A DNA stretch of 64,000 nucleotides, from the NCBI GenBank assembly GCA_050230475.1, contig JBFLGF010000068.1:1-64000 (forward strand), given 5' to 3'. This DNA is from Ancylonema sp. Taxonomy: Eukaryota. Positions 36,701-53,748 of the stretch are shown piece after piece; the first letter of the stretch is position 1; each line of letters begins with the position of its first letter. A model generated the notes under the pieces. It did no database searches. It saw only the letters and a program-made list of their open reading frames with translations, and was not told the DNA's origin. The translations under genes were made by a program, and so were the position numbers.

Positions 36701-39700
36701 ATGGATAGACAGAACGGAGGTCTCGTCGAGAAATTTGTCATCCCGCCAGGAGAGATCACGCGATTCTGTAAACGCATCTGCCCCACAAGGTTATTCTTCC
36801 CCACATCAGGATCCAGACTTGGTGATATTTTTTTGTTCGTTTCGGGACATTTTTCCGAACAATCGTATCAAATTGTATTCATCTAGTAGTGAGTATTAGT
36901 ACATGTCTGTGAAGTTAGTGTAAATGTCTGGCTGAATGAGCATGTAGTCCCGTTATCGTGGTACGCATATCAATACCACTATTGCTTGAATTCTGTCTAA
37001 CATCATATATGTGGCACTCATTTATGACAAAATCCTGAGAACTCAGGTCCCTCCGAAAATTCTTGATACTCTGATGTACATGTTGATGTATATGTTCCCG
37101 CAGCGATATCAAATCAGCCTTCAAGGTCGACTTCGACCTACTCGATAAAGGTGCAAACGTGGACATGTTTGGCCTTTGCGGACACCGCCGCCCCATCCTA
37201 CAATTTCTTAGTCTCTTTGGCGCCTTCAAAACTTCCAATAACGACGGCGAATCTCCGACATTTTCTTCGATGACCGAGCCTGGAATCTACGGAGTAATGC
37301 TTCCTCGACCTGCACTTTGCCTCGTTCTCTGGCCGAGCATCAATGAGATTGGTAACGAGGAGGACATGAAGCTCTCGACGAACCTCATGCGGTATCTTGT
37401 ACAACTTTCTGACCAGGCGACTACTACGCGCGATTGCTCGATATAACCTTCATCTTCATAAGAATTGAACATGGTTCGATGCAACTTAATGACGATGTTC
37501 TTCGGAAGAAAAAGTTATCGACGGTTAAAAAATGGTATACAGCGGTCGAGATTCGTTATGAACTTCCGAGCCACGAGATATATACCATTCTTAGAATAAT
37601 CTATCATAGAGTCTGGTGATTTGTTTTGATTCGCTATGTTGACCAGTCTTCCCTATTTATTTTCTCATACCGGATGTTCTATTGGTGGCTTGAACTTCGT
37701 TTTAGGTATACGTATGCCTCGACAAGGAATGCATCGCGACCTTTCCGCCCGACCGTAAGAAGCCGTTGCCAAAGCGCCTTCATCGGTTCAAGATTGAAGA
37801 TAAGACTTTGGAGGAAGATCGGTTCGAGCTTCGTGCTGGTTTCCGACTGGAGACACCGCGAGATAAGAAGAGGCGACGCTTCTTCGAGCTTCTAATCCCC
37901 GCACCAGAGGGTGCTGCGGTGTTGCGTGGAGAAATCTTACCATTGGAGCACACGTGGGAAAAGAAAGATGCGTCGATTTCTATCGAAACGAAGTACTCCG
38001 CAATGCAGGTTCGAAAGCGAATGTCTCTTGTGATATTTTTTGATATGTTTTCTTGTGGTATATGTTTTTAGTTTGTTGTCAACGCATGCATATATACATA
38101 GTTTGGGTCGCATGAAGTAAAGTATCATTGTTAGGTAATAGGGTTATGTAGCGTTATCAAGGACTTGCTTTTTTTGCAAAAAAGGTGACGTGAGATTCGT
38201 TTTAACGCGTTATGTTTTGACGCACCTGCAGGTGTTCAATGGTGGCCACGTCATCAGCGTTTCAGAAGACATGCCAACCGACAAGAAGCTGCTCTACTTC
38301 TCGAACGTATCCCCAGCCTGCCACGCCCTCGTGGACGACCTCGTGTCGCGATCGAAAGATTCAGAGAAGCATCAACTCGACTCGATGGCCGTTTTGAGTG
38401 ACGAGTGGGACGACAGAATCCAGAAAGCGATGGCGGGCACACACGACGTGGTCATGGCTAGCCTGGGCGAGGTGACTCAGAAGCTGTGGCCGGATCTTGG
38501 GAAACTGATGTACCCAAACGGTGACTCTGACGGTTTGGAGACCTCTAGGCGCTGTCTGGTTGAGTGTGGAGTCGAAGATTCAGATGTGATATCGCTCATC
38601 GACACGGCGTTGAGTGGGAGCACCTTGCGAGAGAGACTCGTCCTCTGCATTCTACTCGGTGTTCGATATAAAGTGGCGGGGCTATCAATTGAGCAACTAC
38701 GGGGCTTCTTGACGTGGGACAAACGGAAGGTCCGTTCAGAATTAGTGTTGGCCTCTCGTTATAGATGCTGGTTACCATGGTCGCGACACTTTTCCGTGGT
38801 TGAAATTGAGAGCGCTCTCAAGTTTGCACTCGCGACATCGCCCTTCCTTACGGTAATCGAGCCAAAAAAACACGAAAACAAAAAATCGCTCTCCGACCTC
38901 AAGACGGTTCTCGATAGACTCATTGGTATCCACCTCCCTCGGATCACGGAAGCCCTTCGAGCGTGCGCAACATCAGAAAAAGTGGCATCTATCGATAGGC
39001 TTCGCAAGGAAAACGTTGTCAATTCTAGCGAGGTCGTTGCGGGAGCCATAGAGAAGTTAGAGCACGCGGCGACGTCGGGGTCGGAATCAGCTTCGAATGA
39101 AAAGCGAGGATCCGGCGAAGACGCCTCGGAACCGATGGGTAGGTTGACGATGAAATTTTTGAGGTGTAGAAGAATCCGGCCCCAAGAGTTGCGAGTGGAA
39201 ACCGAGGTGGAGTACCGTTCTAGAGTGCCGAAACGGAACGTGAACGTGGAGCAACTCGTTGTAAGGAAAGTGGCAACGTCACCCGACGCGCACCCCGTCT
39301 CGCCGACATTATCACAAGTGGGGTCGTTCACAGTATGCTCGTCACTGTGGATCAAGGGTGCATGGCTCCGGAAAGGGAATCTCCTCCTAGTGGTTGGGAG
39401 GAGATCGGGCGACTTCTCGGAAATTCTCATGTGGGATATGCGTGCAATGGCCACGACGTCCGTCCGCAAATTCCCTCATGGCGTCCATTCCGTTTGTTTC
39501 GATGATCGTTTGCGGCTCTTGGCCATTTATCTCCGAGAGGGGGAGGGGAGAGAGGGAGAGGGTTGTATGGACGGAGTGGTGGAGGGGGTAGAGAGAATGA
39601 GCGGAGCGAGGTTGCGGTCTATCGATTTGACGAAAACTTCCAAAGACTCTCGCTCGCGGTTACCCCTATAAACATGCATGATTTTTCGGGGTGTGCGCTA

Positions 39701-42700
39701 TTGAAAAGCTTAGAGTTTGTGAACGGCGCCAAAATCTTGGCCATGCTAGACGATTCCAATAGCATCCGTCTCTTTGACGTGAGACGACAACGATCCCTAC
39801 CCAAGGAGGCTTTTCTTAAAAAGGAGTTTGTGGTAGAGGCTATGATTTCGGCGAGTAGCGGTAAATACATCATGGTTGTCTCCAAGCCCCGGAGGGGTGG
39901 TACCGTCGAGGTCGTTCCCTTCCCCTCTCCAACATACTCGGGGATACCAAGTCATATCGTGTCGACATCCGGGGTCGTTTCGTCCCTCGTGTACGCTTCT
40001 TTTGGGGTGGAGCAGCAGTTGTGCTTCAAGGAGGGGAAGTCCACAATCTGCAGCGTCGTTGTGAATGCCGCGAGTAAGGAGGTGTCGCAAGTCATCACCA
40101 AGGCCTCAATGGGGGGCAATGTACGCCAAGAGGAGGTGGAGGGGCAGATCCGACCAACGTACTTGGAGCATTTCTTCCGTGTCTTCGACAAGTATCCCGC
40201 TAGAGGTTCCATAGAATCGGTCAAGGAGTGCAGGCTCTTCTTGAACGTACTCTTCGAGTGCAACCCAGAGATGGTGAAGTATGTTGGGCTGGAGGGGAGA
40301 GTGAGAAGGTATATGGAAGGGGTCCATATAGACATCCAGAGCACCAAAAAACCTCTCCACCAATAACAACGCATCCAAAATCTATCCGTTGGCGCTCTCG
40401 GACCGGGTGGCGGAGCGTTCCATCCCTCTACCGTGAAGAAAGTGGAGGTGGCGATGTTGGGTAGTTGGGTACGTCGATTGATATGCCTTGTGCCGATTCA
40501 GATCGCTTGCGCGGAGGAAAACCGATTCCTGGTTTTGTCGGACGGGATACTAGTACCTCAAGAGAATGCGCGGACGAAGAAACAGTGTGCGGCATCCATC
40601 CGGTTGGGTCTTTACGCATCGATCTTCGAGTGGCGGAAAGGGCCGGTCATGGCGGTGTCATCCATGGGAAAGCAAAGCACGGGGAAGAGCTACGCCCTCA
40701 ACCACTTGTTTGGGAGCTCCTTCGAGATCTCGGGAGGACGGTGCACGGATGTGTGTTGGATGAGTCTTTGCATCACGGGAAATATGGTATATGTGGTTCT
40801 GAATTTTGAGGGGTTGGGGTCGTTGGAACGTACAGAGCAAGAGGACATGATTCTAAGTCTTTTCAATGCATCGATCTCGGGGATGACGATTATGAGGTTA
40901 GAGTATCGTTTGGACCGCGACATCACACACATGTTTGGGAGGTTTCGGGCGGGCGTGGGCCTCATCAAAGGCGACGAGAGGTTGTTCAAAGGCTCGTTAT
41001 GTCTCTCCATAAAAGACGTAGTCGAGAGAGATATCCTGAGTGTGGGAGAGGAGTTCGAGGAAAAGATTCAACAGATAGTGACCCCTCGGGATAGTAGCGG
41101 GGTGAATAAGGGGAAGGATGTGGATGGGCGTGAGGAGGAGGAGAACTTCATATCATCCATGTACGGTGGAGAGTTCTTCATTCTCCCTTTTCCGCCCTTG
41201 GGGGAGGCGGGATACTACGAGGAGCTACACACGATCGCGGATGAAGTGAAAAAGCGGCGCGCCACATTCTCTTCGGGCGTGGAGTTCGCGAGTTGCATGA
41301 AAACGGTGATGGCCAAGATCCTCCTCAAAGATTGGAGCACCTTGGCGGGCCACGCCATCGAGTCGCGCGTGGAGTACTTGCACGAGCACTTAGAATGCGC
41401 GGTGAGGTTGGGGAGGCTGAGGAGCGGGGGGGTGGGGGGGACTATCATCGGGGAGGAGATGTTGATCAACGTGGACACGCAAGATTTGATCCCAAACGTT
41501 GGAATTGCGAAGCACCTTCCCGTGGACCACCCGCTTAGCCGTGCCAGCACGTCCTTCCCGGACGAAGCACTCAATCTTTCGATCCTTACCCACGAACGCC
41601 ACGGCGAGTTTGTCATGAGGGCGTTGATGCTAGAGTTTGAGAAGGGCGGCGTGTATCGCAACGGCTTCAATCACGCGTTGTGGTCGAAATGTTTCCATCA
41701 ATTCCTCCAAGCTGTGGTGGAGAGACGTGTGGCGCGAGTGGAGGCGTGGGCGAGGGATAATCTTGCTCCGTTCGAGTACCAAGGGTCAGCATGTGAGGGA
41801 GACTGCAACGGGGTTGAGTTGAAGGACGAGGCGGCAAAGTTTTTGCAAAGCGTATCCTCAATGTGTGGCCTACTCAAAAGGGAGTGGCAGGTGAGAAATA
41901 CAAGATGTCATCGCCAAATGTTGCGACCTTGCTGTTTCAATTCCCCCTTATTTCCCCCCGTCTCCATTGCAAAGTTCATTGCAATTGTTAACCTTGTTTC
42001 CGTCGTAAGGTTTATTATCTCATCACTTGAGTTCTACTTCTGTTTTCGTATTGAAGTTGCCACGTTCTTTGGAGCAACCAAGGTTTATATTTTATTTTCA
42101 CCCTCGCCATAACCCTTGTTTGGGTTCGCAGGTGTGTGGATCGAGTTGCACCGAGTGCTTCCTTGGTTGCGTGGCTAGGAGAGGCCACGAAGGCGAGTCT
42201 CATGATTGCCTAGGAAGTCACAAATGTACGGAGCCGTGTGAGTATTGCGAGGAGGGGGAAGGCTCGTGCGCCGAGAAGATGGGGCATGTTGGGGCGCACA
42301 ACTGCAGGTCGGTTTTCGTGAAGTTATAAATGAGAAGGAGTGTGAAAGGCGTGAAAGGTTTAAACAGATTTCTATCTTGAGACGTAGAAGCACGTAAATG
42401 CGGTATAAGCGTACGATTCATTGTTAACACCATATCGGGTATGCTTGTCGAACTTCCAATAGTTTTGACTAAACACTTTGCACATAAGTTCTCAATGAAT
42501 CCTCTTTGAAAATCATCGATGTTACTCTGTTACTTTTACTTCGGTGTTTTTTGTTTTTTTGTGTGTTTTTGTTTTTGTTTGGTCGACCATTTTTCTATCC
42601 CGATTTTTATTATTATTTTGTTTTGTACCCCCCCCCCCCACAGACAACGTGATCATACCTGCGGACAACCTTGCTCCCTCAAAGATCTCCTCAAGTGCAA

Positions 42701-45088
42701 TGGCATGTGCTCCAATATCGTTGGCCACGACAACATCATGTCCTCCAACGACCCGTGTGGGGAGAGCCAAGAGAGGCGTGCGGAGCACATGTGTAGTGCC
42801 GCCGTGCATCTCTGCGGTGCGCCTTGCTCCGCTTACAACTGTAGGGGGCGCTGCCAAGTGGTACACGGGAAAGAGTACACGGTGCACAATTGTCTGGAAG
42901 GGGTGTGCACACACCAATGTAGTGTGACGGGCTGCGAGCAGGTACTCTTCGTTGCTCGTTATTCAATGGCCTTGCAGTTTTTGCCTTCTACCTCCATCGA
43001 TGCAATCGATTTTTTTTCATGCCGTAAGAAGGAAACGTTATTGTACCACAGATGTTGATTGCCTTTAACGTCATTCACCAAAGTTCCTTGTTGTCGCCAT
43101 TATCACTATTCTTTCTCGTTTCTCCTCACTTTTCCACCGGAACACCCCAGAGTTGTTGCGCGAGGGACCACTTCCACGCTTCTCCTGAGTCCCTCATCTT
43201 CGCTCAAGAAGGAGGCCAGCAGTGCAATGCAACTACCGAACGTACATCAAACGAAAACCACTTTTGCGGACAACCTCACAACTGTAAAAGCAAGTGTGAG
43301 AGTGAGGGAGTATGCAAGGTCTCTATCGACATGGTGCTCGAGGATGACGAGTTCGTTAGCGCAAGAGGATCTTTCAAAGTAAGCTATTCGGACCATTTGT
43401 GTTACGGTGAAAGTATTTGAAGGTGAAAATACTCAAAAAATCAAAAAACATTCAAGACTGTTGCTTGTTTTTAGACAACATTCTCAACTGAGGAAATCAC
43501 GATTTTGACAAGTTGGTCATTGTTTCCTCGTCCCCCACCTTGCAGTTCAAGGCAGCCTCCGTGGCAAATGGGGAGCGCAAAGATTGCACCGTCCCCATTC
43601 CCCCGTTCTCTCATGCGCACGAAGGCTCCCATCGCCACACTTCCGACCCCCTTGTGCATTACTTCGATGAGCAGTGCCCGACTTGCCTCTACTTTTGCGA
43701 GCAACCATTTGGTCATCATGGGCCGCATTCAGGAGCTCATGAAATGATGCGGAAATGTCTGTTTGTGTCTGACGTTACGGTACTCTCTTTGAACTCCTTG
43801 GACCCTCCTTTCACGAGTTTGCAACATACTCCTCTCATTCGTTCTAGAAAGCATCATGTTTTGTTCTTCAAAAACAATATTGTTGCAAATGTTTGAGGCT
43901 TTCAAAAATAGGTGGCTTCCCATCACTCGCTTGGAACATGTTTTATTTTGTTTTTGTTTTCCGGGACAGGATGTCGACGTTGGGACGCGAAAGTACCACG
44001 CGGGAAAATGGGGAGTCGCCGAAATGTGTGACATGTTTTGTCGGTTGCAAGGGCGCGGGCGCCTCCACCTTAGACATTGCGACGCTCAAGAGCATACCGG
44101 GTGCACACATGCGGCAAGGGATGGACGACGTCACGATACCCGCAAGTATTTGGGGTTGGAAGAGGATGTGCCGAAGGACGAGCTCACCCACGAGGCCTAC
44201 TGGGCGAGCATCGGATGGAGAGACCCATGCGCCGAGCCCGGGCGTCGGGTGTGTACACTCCGATCAAAAATTGAAAAAAAAAAACTCATGGAAATGATGT
44301 TATTGCAGTTGTATGAGATGTTTAAAGTGCCCAATAGAGATTGTATGAGTGTTGTATAAAAAATGTGCCCAAAAGAGATTGCAAGAGCGTTGTATCGAAA
44401 AAAATCATATTTCGACGTTGTATTGGAACTCGACGACAACCACTTTGGCATGGAACCGACTCTAGTTTCCGAGATAGGACATGTTTCGAGCGATGGCCAC
44501 TTGTTCGACTGCTCGCACCCAATTGCAAAGGGAATGTATCATGCCATGTTGGTCTTAGACAACTCGCCTTCAATGATTGGGCGGCCATGGGAGGAGCTGG
44601 TGTCAGCCGTTCGAAGTTTCCTACAAGTTCGTGTGGCGTCGGGGGGGAGAGATGTCGTCACCATCGTCAAATACGAATCGTATGCTCAAGTGGTGTGCGA
44701 GCGCGTGTCTCTTTCGGAGGCGCTTGGGGTATCTTTGCCGCAACCTCTACCCTATGGAGGAACTAACTATGCCCGATCCCTCAAACTAGTGCACCAAGTT
44801 CTTCGATGGTCCTTGGCTTCGGAACCTTCGCATCAGCCCCTCCTACTCTTCATGTCCGATGGGCGCTGCGACAATGGTGCAGAGGAATTTGGGGCTCTTA
44901 GGACCGTGGGTAACGTGGAGGTGTATGTCGTGGGATTTGGTCCTACATGTGACCTCGAGCAAATGAATGAGCTCGCCACGATTGGCGGAGGTGTATTGCT
45001 TGAGTCTGTTACAGGAAGCCAACTACAAGAGGCTTTCATGTTGGTTGCATCGAACATGGAGGCACCCGTTGCTCTTGTGGCAAGGAAG
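36701..45088 (+). pseudogene. Giant GBP/atlastin/RHD3-like GTPase - Cys/His-rich - vWA gene, copy 2 (disabled)
   Basis: Exons ~36701-36789, 37104-37416, 37706-38008, 38232-41890, ~42132-42308, ~42644-42941, ~43151-43378, ~43546-43779, ~43970-44248, ~44450-45088, homologous to copy 1. Same SSMGKQSTGKS; MIDAS DNSPS..GGT..SDG. Lesions: frameshift ~39540-39600, TAA at 40364-40366, G3 Asp to Asn (NFEG), loss of the head of the vWA exon plus frameshift ~44460; no HPD exon seen downstream. True start uncertain. Confidence 0.8.
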
Positions 45089-47430
45089 GTTAGTTTTCAC
45101 ATCATCGAAGTTTGGCATTGTCGTTCATGAAATATATCGAGAGAAAAAGATGATATGTGTGACGAAATTCTATAACTGAATGCTAGGAGACGTACGTTGT
45201 TGTTGTCACCGAAGGGGTAAAAAAACGTAAATGAACTTTTCGAAGGCTATAACAATAGATTGCTAAGTGGTCTACATACAACTAATAAAGATAATGTTTT
45301 GTTAGATTGGATTATTTAATATCTCAAAATCTTGTTTTTTATAAGGCAATTTTGGATGTGTGTGCTCAAAGAAACAAGTGCCACCTTGACGCGCAAGAAA
45401 ATGGAGTAAGTGTCACGACAAAACGTGTGTAGAGGAGGAAAGCTTTGGAGGTAGAGATGGACATGGTGGAGGAGGAAGATAAGATTGAAGTATAAGCAAC
45501 AAGACGTGCAACATCACGTGCTTTAGACGATGTATAGACGTGCAAACCGATGGATCATCTTGAGAAAGGAGGTCTCCTCAGGATTGAGATAGAGACTAAG
45601 GTAAACACTACTCATATGCAAGATCGTAAATTTGTTGGTGGAGACGAGTTGGTAGAGAATAGACAAGGTTGCATCCAGGTGAAAACTGTTTGGATGTATA
45701 ATTTATAAGACAGTTGCCCCCACAAATGCTCCCACCTCTTAGTGCCTCTGGTATGCCAAAGTAAACAAATGGACATAAAACATTTCCAGTGTCTGAATGA
45801 TAGATGCTAAATTGCTTGCTTCGCAAAAGGTCATGCGTATGCCGCACAAATTCCATTATATTACACAACCTATACACTATCACTATCACTATACTAGTTA
45901 TAACTACACACTTTCACGACAATGAGGAAGTAGGCCATATCATAGATACCTAACACCCTTGCATTCATTGATTCAAGTAAAAAACATGCAACATCAAGAG
46001 ACATCAAGGAATTTTGGTCACTTCACATGACAAATATCACAAAAAAAACATTTTTTTTTTGGCCGCCAACATCATTGTTTTGAAATACATCAATTGCACT
46101 AATCGGATCCACATCCGAATCCAGATCATCTTGGATCTGGGTCGGCCATTCGGATTGTCGCCAGATTTAAGATTCCAGGTTCGAATTTTAGGTGCATCTA
46201 GGGGTAATTCAATGACCTCACTCACCACACTATTTTTGATCTTGGGTAACTACTTGACAACATGAAGAACCCATTATTCCATACATGAACGACAAGCCAT
46301 AAAATGCAAAGTATACAAATAACGCAACTGCATACTGAGTTTTATCAAAGTTCTCTTGGCTCATGTAAACCGAAATCAACAAAGCAATATTTTGTTCCCG
46401 GAAGATCTAACACAACAGCCGTAAAGCACAACCAATGCAAAACTGTAAATCAATCAATCAACAACTCACGTTATCAATTAAAATTAGTGGGGACCTGGCG
46501 GATGTCACAATTCACCTCCTCTCATCACCATGCTGATCAAACTAACTGCACTTGTCCAACTCTGGTTTGATAATCTCTACACCGCTGAACAAACAATAAC
46601 AGCGGACCCCCTAAAGTTATCAAACGGTTCCAATAAATTTGTGCCAGGTGACAAGGCCAACTTCTAGTCCAGCGCATCAAGCTGACCAACAGCATATATT
46701 ACAATATTGTGTCTGTGACATCAAGGGCTGGCGGAAGTAAATGGACAATTAGCCACATATAAATGTTGTATGCCAAATGCCACACTCGATAGCCGAGTGA
46801 GTGCCAAACCTTGTTAAAACCGGCTGTCAGTCCACAGAGATCATTAGCGATAACAAGCTCAAGATGAGCGTGGGCTAAAATTGATTACTCAAGTAAGCAG
46901 TGTGCACTGCCAAATCAGCGAAACACTTAACATCCACGCGACTCAGCCGGTAGTGTGACCACAGGGCGTTCGTCCCAGGGTATCCGACAGCAATCCTACG
47001 CGAGGTCCACTTACAGTATCTAATAACTCCAGACATGCCGCATCCTATATTTGCACTTGCCCTGTTGGTCTGACGCAAGATTCGTTACACTGACAGGTTA
47101 CGTGCAAATCCAGAGGTGCGACAACTTGCCATCAAGCTCAAGGGTATCACCACCAGCAGCAACATAGACAAGCATTGCTTTCCCACTGCCAGTATCGCCG
47201 ACACCTTCACTGGACTCGTGCCTCACTGACTCTAACTATCGAGCCAGTATCTAAATCACTCACACACTGCGTCCCCTCCACTATTCAGACCCTGGTCTTC
47301 ATATTTCGAACTCACAAAGGTTAGATGCATGCCTCAGAATCCCAGCCAGCTATGTACGACCCTACAGCACACCAGAAATGATGGCACATGATAGCATCTT
47401 ATCATAGACCAGGCTAGTACTGATTACCAT

Positions 47431-47470
47431 GACTCTCCTTGACTCTCCTAGACTCACCTAGACTCACCTA
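47431..47470. repeat. Short tandem repeat, 4 x 10 bp
   Basis: gactctcctt gactctccta gactcaccta gactcaccta. Confidence 0.85.
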
Positions 47471-49148
47471 AAAAAGGTTGTCACGCAAAACACAACAGTG
47501 CAAGACTGGCGACCCTTGCACATACATGCAACAGGTGGCAGCTAATTGACCGCTCGGAAAGAAAGCCAAGTCCCAAATTCTCCGTTTGCAAACAGATGAA
47601 AATTAAACCAGTTGTCCTCTGTCACCAGGTTTTATATATATATATATACCCACAGTAATAGTATACCCACCTACCTCGCTCACTGTGACAAATTAATAGA
47701 CATAGCAACGGAAACGGAGGCTCTGAGATCCATTGACAGAAGCCAGTGACATTCTACCGTCTTTCCTTGTGAGTTGGGATATGATGGAGCTTCTCAAATG
47801 AAACCCAGGGAAGAGAGCAGGGGGGAAACTAGAGTACACGTCAAACAAGGACACTGGACACCCAGCCTCAACAGCCGTCCTCCAGAATACGAGTGAGTTG
47901 TGTGATCAGAGGTAGTCACTTACCTGAAGCAGATATTCACCTTCAGCGATACCTCGAAGTTTCCGAACAACCAAGGAAGAAATGTGGCTGTAACAACCGC
48001 CAAAAGATGGATGCTGCATGCCGACTAGGAGTGCCCCGGGCCTGGCACAAGCAGTACCTCTCAAAATCAGAGCGCGGTCACATGACATTCCATCATCTGA
48101 GTCCCTGAGCCTTGAACCAAACTCAACATCCAGTTTCTTGCTAACACCATCCACCCCTTTAAAGCTGGGGGGAAGAGGCATTCGACAGCACAAGAAACTG
48201 CATATAACCTGCATGTAACCTTCATGTATGGTGACATGGAAGACTCTTAAGGCACACGCTAGAACTGTGATACTCTAAGCAAGAAGCGATGCAACTTGGC
48301 TGTTCCCCATGTTACCTAATCCACACACCAAACTCTCCAAAGTCACAGAAATTCTTCACCCTCCAGGCTGTGTCCTGTTCAAAACCACACTTAGGATACC
48401 ACATCAGAAAACGCGCACTCAGACAGCCACAACCTTGTGAAAGAGTGTTAAAAAAATGACAAGGGACACACGGGGCACAACACCGTAATAATGAAAACAG
48501 GAATCGGAAGCAGCAAGAATGAAAGAGTGAGTGATTCTGTCTACAGGTCCCCCAGCCGGGAGCAGAACCATGCCATGCCACCTGCCTTGTTCCTGCACTT
48601 CTTCTTTACGTCAGGCAGACAGGTGTCACATTTTCGAGCCTGAAATGTCACACATTCTGGCATTCCCACCAGTGTCATCAAGATAGAAACAGATTTTCCT
48701 CATCAGACCAAAGCTCTTCATCCATATTTGCACAGAACATTGTCCACAAAGGTTACAAAAAAATTCGGTGTTCTACCATGCTGCTTCTCAAGAACAAGCC
48801 TCAAGCATGGCTCCCAGCCCCAGGCCCATCCTCCAGCCCTCCCCCTTCACAGCTCTCAGCTTCCCGGATCCGAACGGGCGTGGAATGCCATGGAAAGAAG
48901 CAACAAGATCGGATAAGTACCTCCCCTCCCTCTGCCACTCCCATATGTTCCTACTACTTCTCCACTGCTCCCTTCTCTCAATCTCTTAAATACATCCCCA
49001 ACCTACCCTCCCCAACCCTTTAACTAGAGTCACACTAGGTCCTCGCATCTAAAGGTCCAGTTCCCTCACTTCCACTTTGTACAAGGTAAACACCTGGCCT
49101 AGCCTAGCCTCCCCATACCCCCTCTGGGGTCACGCCCTGCTACAGCTG

Positions 49149-52760
<3,612 letters not shown>

Positions 52761-53748
52761 GCTAATAGCTCGTTAACGCCTGCTCCCAGCTATCCACTTT
52801 TGGTGCGCCTACTTCACTCTATTGCAACTTAGCCAGCTGGTGTTTTGCCCTTCCTCTTCATGCACTGCTCCCGATGTGTATGCTAAAACCTTGCGTCCGG
52901 CACGCAAACACCATCCTTCTTCGGTGATCCGCAGCCCGTGAGCTCCGCTTTGAAGCAGCTCAGAGCTCCATCCTAGTCCTTCCGCGATCTTGAACTTTTG
53001 CTGCACTCATGAGCTCAATGAGCTCAATGGGCTTCGACGATCATGCGCTTGCTGACCCTCATCGACCGGAAACTCGCCCCAAACGCGAACCGGGCTTTCA
53101 AGACCGGGTAACGCCTGGCCGGCCGCATCCGGGTCCCAGATTCCTGGAGAAAATCAGGTGGGGGGGCCATCCCGGTAGGGAACAGTCAACACCCTGAACA
53201 GGACTGTCAAAGCCCGAAACCTCACAAAACCCAAATACCGGGGGAAGAAAGCCCAGATGTGCATTTCATTTTATTAGGTTTTCTGCTTCGCGAGAAAGAT
53301 TGTCTTTAAACGATGCAGACTTGGTTGTGATGCGGAGATTGTCTGTGGGATCGGACAGTTGAAATTATCATCTGTGCGTGGAAAGAGTGATTCCAGCACG
53401 AGCAGCACGCGTGTGAGCTACTGAGCGGATGATATCGAGAAGAATGTGGAATTGAAGGTTTAATATTGTAGTGGTCGTCTTGACTGGGCGCGGCAAGACT
53501 TCTGCGCATCAATTAGGTTTCAAGCGCCCTCGAAAATGTGTCCCTCTGACCGATGGCCTAGGTCAGAATCCGCTATCCGCAAGCTTCCACCTCTTACATC
53601 GGGTATGGAACCCTGATGTTTTCTGCCTGTTTCTGGGTTTTTATTCGCTGCCATCACTGAAACCCTCTACCAACGGACGCTGAACATCCTGATCGACTCG
53701 TTTCAACGCCCTGAGTTCTGTCTCGCAGTCCTCCCATTACTCGAGACA
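52761..53748. promoter_or_regulatory. Probable shared/bidirectional promoter region
   Basis: ~1 kb between the head-to-head start codons of PRP4K and the gene at 53749. Positional inference only. Confidence 0.4.

Noticed and set aside
7362..40366. Stop-codon recoding, RNA editing or programmed frameshifting in the giant genes
   Set aside because: Stops and shifts are at different positions in the two copies and come with splice-site damage and deletions; neighbouring genes use the standard code with normal TAA/TAG/TGA ends.
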